A stretch of 64,000 bases of DNA from Patescibacteria group bacterium (GTDB taxonomy: Bacteria > Patescibacteriota > Patescibacteriia > Buchananbacterales > UBA6539). The translations under genes and the position numbers were made by a program. Below, in pieces: positions 28,727 to 38,043 of this stretch (positions are counted from its first letter, which is position 1; every line of letters starts with the position of its first letter). The stretch is from contig JBAZSB010000001.1 in assembly GCA_041662625.1 (NCBI GenBank), positions 182,467-246,466 on the forward strand. Reading direction: 5' to 3'. A model generated the notes under the pieces. That model did not search any database, was not told where the DNA came from, and saw only the letters and a list, made by a program, of their open reading frames with translations.

Positions 28727-29329
28727 ATGGCTCAATTTCCTGCTTCCGTTAAGGAACTAATTGACCAATTTACTAAATTGCCCGGCATCGGTCCCAAAAC
28801 CGCTGAACGGCTAGTTTTTTATTTACTCAAACAACCAAAAGAAAATTTGGTTAAATTTGGTTTAGCCCTGGAGCATTTGAAAGATAAAATTATCATTTGT
28901 CAGCAGTGTCAAAATTTTTCCGAAACTAATCCCTGCTTGATTTGTAGCGATAAAAAAAGAAACGCAAAAGTAATCTGCGTCGTGGCTACACCTCAAGATT
29001 TATTATCTTTAGAAAAGACTAACGAATACCAAGGCGTTTATCACGTCTTGGGTGGTGTCATCGATCCATTGGAAGGTATCACCCCTGATCAATTGAAGAT
29101 TAGAGAGCTCGTTGAACGGGTCAAAAAAGATGGCATTTTGGAAATCATTTTAGCTTTAAGCCCGGATTTACCAGGTGAAACAACTATGCTTTATTTGACA
29201 AAATTACTCAAACAGATTAAAACTATAAGGATCACTCGTTTGGCTCAAGGTTTGCCAAGCGGCAGTGATCTGGAATATGCCGATGAAGTTACTTTGACCT
29301 CGGCCCTACGGGGTCGAAAAGAGGTCTAG
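28727..29329 (+). CDS. recR: Recombination mediator RecR
   Basis: LPGIGPKTAERL, C4 zinc finger, YHVLGG, LEYADEVTL. Confidence 0.96.
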   Translation: MAQFPASVKELIDQFTKLPGIGPKTAERLVFYLLKQPKENLVKFGLALEHLKDKIIICQQCQNFSETNPCLICSDKKRNAKVICVVATPQDLLSLEKTNEYQGVYHVLGGVIDPLEGITPDQLKIRELVERVKKDGILEIILALSPDLPGETTMLYLTKLLKQIKTIRITRLAQGLPSGSDLEYADEVTLTSALRGRKEV

Positions 29330-29349
29330 TACCTCTTAGGGAGGAATCC

Positions 29350-29517
29350 ATGGATAGACCATTGAGTGCTATCGGTATTACAGATGCCAATGGAACGACC
29401 CATTTCTATCGGCTAGCCGCCGGTGCGGCTTCAGCGCCGCCTCCGGCAGCTGAGGCACAAGCGGCGCAAAGTCCGACCGAGCCAGCAGAGGCTGTTCACA
29501 GCGAAACAGAACAGTAA
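29350..29517 (+). CDS. Small Ala/Pro-rich hypothetical protein (55 aa)
   Basis: Not in ORF track; SD GGGAGGA then ATG; MDRPLSAIGITDANGTTHFYRLAAGAASAPPPAAEAQ... Confidence 0.55.
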   Translation: MDRPLSAIGITDANGTTHFYRLAAGAASAPPPAAEAQAAQSPTEPAEAVHSETEQ

Positions 29518-29538
29518 ACAACCCTGTTAGGAGGTAAA

Positions 29539-29913
29539 GTGATGACGAATTCGATTGGCTCAGTGACTGGGCCGAATCGATTCGGCCCACCGTCACCCAA
29601 CCCAGCTGGTCCGGCTGCTCAGCAAAATGGCGTCGGCTTGCAGAGACTCGCTGATACCAGAAAACCGGAGACCGCCCCGGACTTTCGTGAAGAGCTGACT
29701 CGAGCCATAGCTCAAGAGGCAGCAGCTAAGGGAACGACAGTTGTATCCCGTTCTCTAACTGCAACAGTTGGTGATGATGCGCTAAAGCGACGACCTCCTT
29801 ATTGTGGGCGACGCCGTGGCCAGCGCTCCTGCCCGGAAGAAGAGCTAGTCTCTACCGAGCCGGTAGCACCCCCAGTTGCCACCGAGGAACATCAGACCGA
29901 CATCCTGGCATAA
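29539..29913 (+). CDS. Hypothetical low-complexity protein
   Basis: SD AGGAGGT just upstream; hairpin plus T-tract after stop (29919-29949). Confidence 0.6.
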   Translation: MMTNSIGSVTGPNRFGPPSPNPAGPAAQQNGVGLQRLADTRKPETAPDFREELTRAIAQEAAAKGTTVVSRSLTATVGDDALKRRPPYCGRRRGQRSCPEEELVSTEPVAPPVATEEHQTDILA

Positions 29914-29993
29914 TCGAAAGCGCCCGATTGAGTTCGAGCGCTTCTTTTTATTATAATATTCAGCCCGGGGTTTACCCGGGCTATTAAGTAAGT

Positions 29994-30302
29994 TTAAATT
30001 TTTTCGATTTGAATCAAGGAATATGGCTGACGATGACCGACCCGTTTTTTGTAGCGGGTTTTGGCTTTGTATTTGACAACTGATATCTTTTTGGCCCGGT
30101 CCTGTTTCAAAATTTTGGCTTCAACCTTGGAACTAAGCAACGGTTTGCCGATTTCCACTTTTTCGCCCTTTTCATCAGTAATTAAAAGTGTATCAAACTT
30201 AACTAAGCTGCCTTCTTTAGCGGGTAGTTTTTCAACTCTGATTTTATCGCCAGCTTTGACCAGATATTGTTTACCGCCGGTTTTAATAACTGCTAAATCC
30301 AT
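29994..30302 (-). CDS. rplU: 50S ribosomal protein L21
   Basis: AVIKTGGKQY, GHRQPYS. Confidence 0.97.
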   Translation of the reverse strand: MDLAVIKTGGKQYLVKAGDKIRVEKLPAKEGSLVKFDTLLITDEKGEKVEIGKPLLSSKVEAKILKQDRAKKISVVKYKAKTRYKKRVGHRQPYSLIQIEKI

Positions 30303-30456
30303 AAAATAATAAATAATTTATAAGGTATAATCTAGTTTAGCTTGGATTTTAAAATAAGTCAACCCCTTCTCATTAGAACTAAAATTAAAGAAAAAAGCTG
30401 CGATCCATGAGGAAACGCAGCTCGAAGTTGTGGGTGGCTCTTGACTGAAACTAGTC

Positions 30457-31917
30457 TCAGTCTTCAATCAACCCATTGCGGTCGATTGGGATGCCAGTCC
30501 AGCAGTAGGTACAAAGCTGGTCTTTTGGTAGGCCAATAGCCGCAACCATGTCGTCCAGTGTCAGGTACTTAAGGCTTGTCGCCTTGATCCAGGTGCCGAT
30601 TTTGGCTACCATCCGGGCATAGTGATCGGAATCTGGATCAAGATAAGCTGAGACATCATCAATTGGTGACCCCTCGAGCTCCAAGATCGACCGGCGCGCG
30701 GCCAGTTCATCGAATTCGCGTGTTGCCCGCAGATTAGGACAGGGCCACATCAAAGGCGGACAGGCTACCCGGATATGGACTTCTTGGGCTCCGAGCTCAT
30801 AGAGGTTTCTTATCCGTTTGTGCAGCTGCGTGCCACGGACAATTGAATCCTCGCAGAAAAGCAGTCGTTTGCCTTCAATCAGTTCCATAACGGGCAGCAA
30901 TTTCATTTCCGCGATCATGTCACGGAGTGCCTGAGTAGCAGGAAGGTAGCTTCGAGGCCAAGTCGGAGTGTATTTCATCAGGGGTCGGCCGAAGAGCATT
31001 CCAGACTTGTTAGCGTAACCAATCGCATGTCCGGTTCCTGAATCAGGAATACCAGCGACAATGTCTACTTCAACATTGTCATGCGAAGCCAGGGCAGCAC
31101 CGCAACGGTTCCGGGCCGGTTCCACACCAATGCCCTCGTAGGCGGAAGCGGGAAATCCGGCGTAAACCCAATTGAAGGCGCAGGTACGGCAATTGCCTTG
31201 GCAGCCCTTTGTCAGAGTGGTTATTCGAGATTGGGATACCTGGACGATTTCGCCGGGTTTGAGGAAATGGTGCGTTTTGATGCCCAGATTGAAGAAGCTA
31301 CTGACTTCTGATGCCAGAGCAACAACTCCGCCATCTCCCCGGCCCAAGACTAAGGGCGAGACGCCGTAACGGTCACGAGCACCGATCATCCGGCCGTCGG
31401 AGAAAATCATGATTAGCGATAGGGACCCGGTAATCCTTGACCACATATGCCGGATTCCTTCAACTAGATCGGCTTTTTCTTCCATCAGGCGGATCACCAC
31501 TTCGGCGATATTGATTTTTCCGTTTTCCCTCAAGGAAAACGAACCTTGGGTCCCCAGTTCTTTTGCCAATTGATTGAGGTTTGGTACCCGTCCGACTGTG
31601 ACAATTGCCACGTCCCCAAAGCGACTGCGATACATCAGCGGCTGTGGGTCACGATCCGAAATAATGCCCAGGCCAAACTTGATTGGCGTCTCCACTGCCT
31701 CACTGCGGCGGATCATTTCGGCAATGTCTTGTTCGAACAGATCCCGGAAATGCTTACCGTCTGAGATGCTATGGATTTCCGACAGGAAAACTTTACCCAT
31801 CAGGAATGCCACGCCGGCGTTTTCCGCGCCTAAGTGGGAATGGTAATCGGTCATATAGAAGATTCTTTTGACGCATTCTTCGGTGGAATGCGCTAAACAA
31901 CCAACGAAGCCGCTCAT
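30457..31917 (-). CDS. purF: Amidophosphoribosyltransferase-like protein (Ser in place of N-terminal Cys)
   Basis: DYHSHLG, ARDRYG, PDSG, PRT motif CEDSIVRGTQ, CPP, CTYCWTG. Confidence 0.85.
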   Translation of the reverse strand: MSGFVGCLAHSTEECVKRIFYMTDYHSHLGAENAGVAFLMGKVFLSEIHSISDGKHFRDLFEQDIAEMIRRSEAVETPIKFGLGIISDRDPQPLMYRSRFGDVAIVTVGRVPNLNQLAKELGTQGSFSLRENGKINIAEVVIRLMEEKADLVEGIRHMWSRITGSLSLIMIFSDGRMIGARDRYGVSPLVLGRGDGGVVALASEVSSFFNLGIKTHHFLKPGEIVQVSQSRITTLTKGCQGNCRTCAFNWVYAGFPASAYEGIGVEPARNRCGAALASHDNVEVDIVAGIPDSGTGHAIGYANKSGMLFGRPLMKYTPTWPRSYLPATQALRDMIAEMKLLPVMELIEGKRLLFCEDSIVRGTQLHKRIRNLYELGAQEVHIRVACPPLMWPCPNLRATREFDELAARRSILELEGSPIDDVSAYLDPDSDHYARMVAKIGTWIKATSLKYLTLDDMVAAIGLPKDQLCTYCWTGIPIDRNGLIED

Positions 31918-31987
31918 AGTTTTATCCTCCCCTTATCCGTTGAGGTTGATCTGCCAAATTGAAAAAGGGCTACGCCCCTCCGGCTCC

Positions 31988-32016
31988 ATTTTACTTATTT
32001 GTCACTATATTGTCAA
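31988..32016 (-). promoter_or_regulatory. Sigma-70 promoter of purF
   Basis: TTGACA-17 nt-TAAAAT on minus strand. Confidence 0.65.
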
Positions 32017-32018
32017 AT

Positions 32019-33509
32019 CTAAAGAAGTTTAGAAATATAATAGTCAACCGGGGCGAAGTTGTCGGTCAGGATTGGCAGACTGGGATCCAGTTCCAGCGGG
32101 CCTTCCCAGAGGTGTTCCAGTAGTTCCTTTTGCTTGGATGTTGCTTCTTTTACTAGCTCTTGTTTGGTAAGCCGCGTTTGATTTTTGGTAGCAATGAGAA
32201 CTAAGTTTTGATATTTGCCTTGGTTTTCCCCGTTATAATAGCGGGTGGGAAAAAGATAAAGTTGAGGAAAGACTGATTGTAAAGTTTTATATTCCGCTTG
32301 GAATAATTTTGCTTTATCCCCGTCTAAAGCGGCAATAATATTTAAAATGAAGATGCCATCATCAGTCAGTGAGTTATAGATTTTTTCCGCTGCTTCTTTG
32401 GTGGTTAATTGAAACGGAATTGAATAATAAGAGCTGAAGGCATCGCCATAAATCACATCGAATTTTTCCCGGTTATTATTTAAAAAAATTCGGCCATCTT
32501 GGTGGTCAATTTTTAGCCTTGGGTTATCTTGAAGCCAAAAATATTGTTTGGCAACTTCGGTAACTTTAGGGTCAATTTCGACAACTGTCATTAGGGCCTT
32601 GGGAAAACGTTTTAAAAAATCGCGGGGCGCCACATAGGCCCCGCCGCCTAAAGTTAAAGCTTTTTCAATTTTTGGTTTGAATAAGGTATCTAAGCGATAG
32701 AATTGGTGGTAAGAAGCATAAAGTTCATTTGGATTTTTATAGACGCCGGAATGGCTTTCGGTGGCTAAATAAAGAATTCTCACTTCTTCATTATTTTTAT
32801 CAATAGTATCTTTGACAATAATATGATTGTAAGCACTATCACCTTCAAAAACAAATTGTGAGGGCACGAGCTGATTAAGCGACCAAATAATGATCACTAA
32901 TATTAAAGCAATGGCTTTAGTTTTTTTGCCGCCGCCAAGCAAAGCCGTGATTATTAAAACGGCGCTTAGACCGAAAAGAATTTGAGTGCTGCCAAAAGTT
33001 GGGATTAAATAAAACCCGGCCAAAAATGTGCCAGCAATACTGCCAATCGTTGATAAAGCATAAAGATTGCCAGCCACCCCGCCGGAATTTTCAATTTTTT
33101 CTATTTTAAGCCGGAGGGCATACGGTGAAACCATACCGAGCAAAACACTTGGTACAGTAAAAAGAATTAAAGTCGCTAGGATTGAGCCGGTTTTTACCCC
33201 TAATTCTATTGCACTAAATAAAACCAGGTCTTTAATTAAGGTAATAATCAAAATACTTAAACCAGCCGCAAAGATGATAGCGGCTAAAAATTTTAGTTTT
33301 GGGTTATTCGCCGAGAAATGGCCACCTAAATAATAGCCTAAGCTTAGAGCCCCTAAAATTACTCCGATCAGGCTGGCCCAGACAAAAATTGAATTCCCCA
33401 GGTAAGGGGCAAGAATTCTTGAGCCAATGAGTTCTAGAATCATTACCACGGTACCAGCGATAAAAACAATAATTTCCAGCCGACCGATTTTAAATTTTTC
33501 TTTGAGCAT
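32019..33509 (-). CDS. Fused membrane domain/spermidine synthase-like methyltransferase
   Basis: ELIGSRILAPYLG, LYALSTIGSIAGT, LGGGAY, VEIDP, DGRIFL, LTDNFAP. Confidence 0.88.
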   Translation of the reverse strand: MLKEKFKIGRLEIIVFIAGTVVMILELIGSRILAPYLGNSIFVWASLIGVILGALSLGYYLGGHFSANNPKLKFLAAIIFAAGLSILIITLIKDLVLFSAIELGVKTGSILATLILFTVPSVLLGMVSPYALRLKIEKIENSGGVAGNLYALSTIGSIAGTFLAGFYLIPTFGSTQILFGLSAVLIITALLGGGKKTKAIALILVIIIWSLNQLVPSQFVFEGDSAYNHIIVKDTIDKNNEEVRILYLATESHSGVYKNPNELYASYHQFYRLDTLFKPKIEKALTLGGGAYVAPRDFLKRFPKALMTVVEIDPKVTEVAKQYFWLQDNPRLKIDHQDGRIFLNNNREKFDVIYGDAFSSYYSIPFQLTTKEAAEKIYNSLTDDGIFILNIIAALDGDKAKLFQAEYKTLQSVFPQLYLFPTRYYNGENQGKYQNLVLIATKNQTRLTKQELVKEATSKQKELLEHLWEGPLELDPSLPILTDNFAPVDYYISKLL

Positions 33510-34533
33510 GCGGATGTTTTAATTTATAAATAATTACTAATGTTGCGGCTAAAATTAACATAAATAAAGCTAAAATCCCCAAAGCAATAATTTTTCCTTT
33601 GGATGGCAGGGACAAGGAGGCTAAACCAAAAATTGCTGTTAAAAGGTATAAAAAAATTACGGCTTGGCGGTGGCTTAAACCGATATCTAAAAGGCGGAAA
33701 TGGAGGTGCTTGCGGTCGGCGGCAGCCGGCGAATGACCCTGCCAAAGCCGCCGGATAATTACCCATAAAACATCAAGGATTGGTACGCCCATAATCAAAA
33801 GCGCCGTGGCAATTTTGGAGCCGGAAATTATGGACAGAACTCCGAGCATAAAACCACAAAAGACACTCCCCCCTTCGCCGAGGAAAATTTTAGCCGGATG
33901 CCAATTAAAGACCAAAAAACCTAAACAGGCGCCGGCCAAAATCAAAGCCATAATAGAAGTTCCGGAATACGGAATATCCCAATATAAGCTGACGATAAAG
34001 ATAATTATTGAACCAATAGCGGTAATGCCAGTGGCCAAACCATCCAAGCCGTCAAGAAATTTGGTGGTGTAAATCATTCCCAAAAGCCAAAGAAAGGCAA
34101 TCGCTATTCCCAAGTGGCTGGGAAATTCTAAAATGCCGCCAAAGGGATTGGTAACAAATTGGATTTTTACTCCCCCGGCCAAAAGCAGCAGAACCGCTAA
34201 AAGCGGGAAAAACAATTGCTGAACCGGTTTGAGGTTATATCTGTCATCCAAGTAGCCGCCGATCATTAAAATGCCGCCACCAAGCAAAATCACCAAAATA
34301 TAAATATTAGAGATTCTCAGATCTTGGATATAGCCTAAAGACCAAAAAATAATCGTCGTCAAACTAAAGGTTAAAAAAAGCGCCAATCCGCCTAAAAGTG
34401 GGATTGGTTTGGTATGGATCTTACGGGGGGTTGGTAAATCAACAATATTCAAATTTTGTGCAGTTTTTTTAACTAAAGGAGTTAAAATCAGAGCCAGTAA
34501 GAATGCCAGAACTAAAGGGAATAGATAAAACAT
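33490..34533 (-). CDS. MraY/WecA family undecaprenyl-phosphate sugar-1-phosphate transferase
   Basis: RKIH..PIPLLGG, GYLDD, DGLDGL, PAKIFLGEGGS, HLHFRL. Confidence 0.9.
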   Translation of the reverse strand: MFYLFPLVLAFLLALILTPLVKKTAQNLNIVDLPTPRKIHTKPIPLLGGLALFLTFSLTTIIFWSLGYIQDLRISNIYILVILLGGGILMIGGYLDDRYNLKPVQQLFFPLLAVLLLLAGGVKIQFVTNPFGGILEFPSHLGIAIAFLWLLGMIYTTKFLDGLDGLATGITAIGSIIIFIVSLYWDIPYSGTSIMALILAGACLGFLVFNWHPAKIFLGEGGSVFCGFMLGVLSIISGSKIATALLIMGVPILDVLWVIIRRLWQGHSPAAADRKHLHFRLLDIGLSHRQAVIFLYLLTAIFGLASLSLPSKGKIIALGILALFMLILAATLVIIYKLKHPHAQRKI

Positions 34534-34535
34534 GG

Positions 34536-37307
34536 TTATATAACTTTAGCTTTTTCAATCACAATTCTACCGCCGGCTTCTAAAACTATAGTATCGCGCC
34601 GGCCAATTTGCCCGGCCAAAAACGAATTGGCTAAAGGATCTTGAATTCTTTGTTGGATCACCCGGCGCAGGGGTCGGGCGCCGAATTGGGGGTCAAAGCC
34701 GGCCTCAGCCAATTCGGCGATGGCTTGGTCAGTGACTTTAAGCCCAACTCCCTTTTCGGCTAAATTTTTTGCCACCTTATTAATCATTAATTGGGCAATA
34801 GTTTTAACGTCATCCATTGATAGTGGTTTAAATACAATAATTCCGTCAAACCGGTTTAAAAATTCCGGCCGGAAGTACTGATTTAATTCCTGATCCATTA
34901 ATTGTTTTTTGATTTCTTCGATTGGGATATTTTGTTTAACTTTTTCCTGAATAAATTTAGTATTAGCGTTGGAGGTTGCAATAATAATGGTATTAGTGAA
35001 ATCAATAGTTCGGCCCGAATTATCGGTTAAGCGGCCATCGTCCATAATTTGTAAAAAGATATTTAAGATATCAGGATGAGCTTTTTCGATTTCGTCCAAC
35101 AAAATTAAGGAGAAAGGATTTTTTCTTACGGCTTCAGAAAGGTAGCCGCCCTCGTTATCGCTGCCAGAGCCGGCCGGGGCGCCAATCAGGCGACTGATAC
35201 TGGGTTTTTCTTGGTATTCGGACATATCTAAACGAATCATATTTTCCTCAGCGCCGAAATAAACTGCCGCTACAGTTTTGGCTAGTTCCGTTTTACCCAC
35301 ACCAGTTGGTCCAAGAAATAGTAAATTAACAATTGGTCGGGCTTTATCGCGCATTTCCGCCCGCGCCCGACGGAGGCTGGATGCGACCATATCAACTGCT
35401 TCTTGTTGATCAACTACTCGTTCATGAATTTTTTGCTCTAAGTTCAGCAGTTTCTCGGATTCTTCTTTGGTAATTTCGGACAAGGGAATATTAGTTTTTG
35501 CCGAAATTATTAAAGCCACGTCGTTAGCGGTGACCACGCTATTTTTTCCCTTTTGCTCACGAGTGTGGCCAGCTACTTCCTGTAGAATTTCAATGGCCTT
35601 TTCGGGCAAGAAACGATCATGCAAATAGCGGTCAGAAAGTTCAACTATTTGGGCAATAGCATCATAAGAAAAGAATATTTGGCTTTGATATTCAAAGGTG
35701 CCAACTTTGGATTCTAAAATTTGAATCGCTTCATTGCCCGAAACTTCATTAATGTCGACTTTTTCCAAGACATTATCCAAAGAACTTTTGCCCTCGATGT
35801 AGCGGCGATAATCAGGTGGCGTAGTTGTGGCCAAACACATTAGACTATTATTAGCCAGGGTTTGTGATAAGACATCAGCCAGATCAATACTGCCTTTTCG
35901 ACCCGGCGTAATGCCGATCATATTATGAATATCACTAACATATAGAATAATATTGCCTGAGCGACGAATTTCATTGATTACTAGCATTAATCTTTGCTGG
36001 GCTTCTTCCGGGGAGGCGCCACTAACTAATTTGGCAACACTCAAACTGACTAATCTTTTGTCTTTCAGAAATCCCGGGACATTTTCTTCAACCATTCTTT
36101 GGGCAATGCCTTCAATAATGGTATTTTTTCCGACTCCAGGGTTGCCGACTAAAATTGCGCTACTACGAGTTCCCCCCCCGCGCATGATATTAAAAATACT
36201 TTCAATTTCCTTTTCGCGGCCAACGCAGGGCAAAAGATAGCCGTATTGGGCTAAAATCGTCAAATCTTGGCTGAAGGCATCTAAAGTCGGTGTGGCAATA
36301 GCAGTCATAGAGCGATTCATCGTTGACCGCGGCCGCAGGCTTGCTCTTTTGCGAAAATGCTGCCAGTTAGCTTTTAATTGTTTTCTGATTCTCAGCCAGG
36401 CGATGACATTAGTAATTTTATCTGAAGTAACATTTAAGTCATAAAGTAACTCTTTGACTTCATTGTCTGGTGAGACTAAAGCTTCTAGTAATTCAGTGAG
36501 CTCAACTTTTTTTTGCCGTAATTGGAAGGCCAAAAAGTATGCTTGGAAAATAATTTCTTTGACCTGATGGCTTAAAATTACGGCCGCACCCTCTTGTTCA
36601 TATTGGGCGGCTAAAGTATTTCTAATTTTATTTTTTAAAGTGGTAAAAGAAACCCCGAGGCGGCTGAAGATAATCTGGGTTTGGTCGAAAGTCAAAAGCG
36701 AGATGAATAAATGGATTGGGTTAGTCTGGAAGTCTTTGTACCGATTGGTCAATTGCCAAGATTTAGTAATTGCTTGCTCGGCTTCAAAGGTAAAATATTC
36801 AGTAATATTTATTTTTTTATTTTTTGGTAAATTTTTTGCCTCAATCCAGCCTAAAGGCCGAAAATCTAAAGTTTGGGCATGGTATTCTTTTTTTGGGATA
36901 TATTTGATTTTTTCCAATTCTCGATTGAAGCGGTAGACTAAATAGCCGTCAGTTAAAAGTGAGAGCCAAAAAATAAAAAGCTGCCAGTTTCTGATCTGGT
37001 ATAAATACCAAATTGGTGTTCTGACATTAATAAAAGCCACAATTACCCAGCCCAGCATTATTAGTCCCAAGGCGCCAAAGAGAAACAAGGAAAGATTGAT
37101 CAGGTTTTTAACTAATTGTTTAGTTTCATCTTGGGCAATTTGCAAAAAACTAATTTGTTTGTCCCAATAAAGAAGTTCATTGCCGGTCCAGGCCATCATC
37201 CCTAAGCCTTGGCATTCAGAACAAGTTTTTCGTTCTAATTTTCCTTGGCCCTGGCAGGTAGGGCAAGTTAATAATTGAATCTGATTTTTTTTAGAATCTT
37301 TTTCCAT
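34536..37307 (-). CDS. Membrane-anchored Clp/Hsp100 ATPase with N-terminal CxxCxGxG zinc finger
   Basis: CPTCQGQG/CSECQGLG, 2 TM, Clp-N repeats, NBD1 GNPGVGKN, NBD2 GPTGVGKT/LLDEIEKAH, GARPLRR; start placed at ATG 37307. Confidence 0.88.
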   Translation of the reverse strand: MEKDSKKNQIQLLTCPTCQGQGKLERKTCSECQGLGMMAWTGNELLYWDKQISFLQIAQDETKQLVKNLINLSLFLFGALGLIMLGWVIVAFINVRTPIWYLYQIRNWQLFIFWLSLLTDGYLVYRFNRELEKIKYIPKKEYHAQTLDFRPLGWIEAKNLPKNKKINITEYFTFEAEQAITKSWQLTNRYKDFQTNPIHLFISLLTFDQTQIIFSRLGVSFTTLKNKIRNTLAAQYEQEGAAVILSHQVKEIIFQAYFLAFQLRQKKVELTELLEALVSPDNEVKELLYDLNVTSDKITNVIAWLRIRKQLKANWQHFRKRASLRPRSTMNRSMTAIATPTLDAFSQDLTILAQYGYLLPCVGREKEIESIFNIMRGGGTRSSAILVGNPGVGKNTIIEGIAQRMVEENVPGFLKDKRLVSLSVAKLVSGASPEEAQQRLMLVINEIRRSGNIILYVSDIHNMIGITPGRKGSIDLADVLSQTLANNSLMCLATTTPPDYRRYIEGKSSLDNVLEKVDINEVSGNEAIQILESKVGTFEYQSQIFFSYDAIAQIVELSDRYLHDRFLPEKAIEILQEVAGHTREQKGKNSVVTANDVALIISAKTNIPLSEITKEESEKLLNLEQKIHERVVDQQEAVDMVASSLRRARAEMRDKARPIVNLLFLGPTGVGKTELAKTVAAVYFGAEENMIRLDMSEYQEKPSISRLIGAPAGSGSDNEGGYLSEAVRKNPFSLILLDEIEKAHPDILNIFLQIMDDGRLTDNSGRTIDFTNTIIIATSNANTKFIQEKVKQNIPIEEIKKQLMDQELNQYFRPEFLNRFDGIIVFKPLSMDDVKTIAQLMINKVAKNLAEKGVGLKVTDQAIAELAEAGFDPQFGARPLRRVIQQRIQDPLANSFLAGQIGRRDTIVLEAGGRIVIEKAKVI

Positions 37308-37308
37308 T

Positions 37309-37686
37309 TTAGCTAAAAAACCATAAAAAATTAACAACTATTTCATAGCCTACTAAAACGGGTAGGAATATCCAGGCTAAAAATAAAATCAGGATTAAAA
37401 TTATCCAAAATAAAAGCAAAATTGACCGGACAATAATTTGAATAAGACGGGCAAAAAAGCTGATGATTCGCCCCTCAATATCATACTGGCCAAACATCGG
37501 CGTAAAAAGATTTTTTATCCAGACAGCGATTCCCAAGACTTCGGCTTGATTTTTGATTTCCTGTAAGCAGCCTAAGCCGACTTTAGCTAACCCTTTGGAA
37601 TACCACCACACAGGCCAATATAAAATATCACCAATTAAATCAATAATGATGTAGCGAATTGAAGTATAAGCAATATTCTTTGGCAT
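37309..37686 (-). CDS. Conserved hypothetical membrane protein, coupled to the Clp gene
   Basis: YWPVWWY, WIKNLFTPMFGQYD; stop 1 nt from the Clp start. Confidence 0.75.
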   Translation of the reverse strand: MPKNIAYTSIRYIIIDLIGDILYWPVWWYSKGLAKVGLGCLQEIKNQAEVLGIAVWIKNLFTPMFGQYDIEGRIISFFARLIQIIVRSILLLFWIILILILFLAWIFLPVLVGYEIVVNFLWFFS

Positions 37687-37721
37687 ATTTGTTTTATATT
37701 ATACCATAAAATTGGCGAAAC

Positions 37722-37753
37722 AAAAAACCGAAGACTTCAGATTAGTTTCGGCT
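37722..37753 (-). terminator. Rho-independent terminator of the candidate ncRNA
   Basis: AGCCGAAACT-aatctga-AGTCTTCGGTT followed by T-tract on minus strand. Confidence 0.65.
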
Positions 37754-37835
37754 CATTTAAGTGTTTTTCATTTAAGAGAAGGGTCGCCGAGCAGGAAACC
37801 TTTACCTCGCGGTGCGAAGCTGGTTTCCTGCCCAG

Positions 37836-38002
37836 GCGTATGTGCATTGGGCGCGATTTGGTCCGTTAAGGGATCTTGTTGGGCCGCGTGAGATCGCTAG
37901 CTAGCATTTTCCGCCATCCTATAGGCGGATTCATATCGGCCGTGGCACTCACTTGTCGCCTCTTGCTTGTCCCTTAGTCGTGACCAGACGTTCACCCACA
38001 CG
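37836..38002 (-). ncRNA. Candidate 6S-like RNA (long rod with central bubble)
   Basis: Nested pairings GGGUG/CGCCC, UGGUC/GACCA, UAAGGGA/UCCCUUA, A-rich bubble, GUGAG/CUCAC, apical UCCGCC/GGCGGA; own promoter and terminator. Confidence 0.5.
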
Positions 38003-38007
38003 AGAAT

Positions 38008-38036
38008 ATCTTATAGTAAGCTTTATTATTTGTCAA
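38008..38036 (-). promoter_or_regulatory. Sigma-70 promoter of the candidate ncRNA
   Basis: TTGACA-17 nt-TAAGAT. Confidence 0.7.
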
Positions 38037-38043
38037 CGGATAT

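Noticed and set aside
29378-29596. Minus-strand 72-aa ORF, and the many short antisense ORFs within long genes
   Set aside because: Antisense to better-supported genes with no independent signals.
37768-37915. Possible TAG read-through ORF (MAENAS*RSHAAQQ...) implying recoding
   Set aside because: TAG and TGA end well-defined genes in this window; RNA structure explains the region better.
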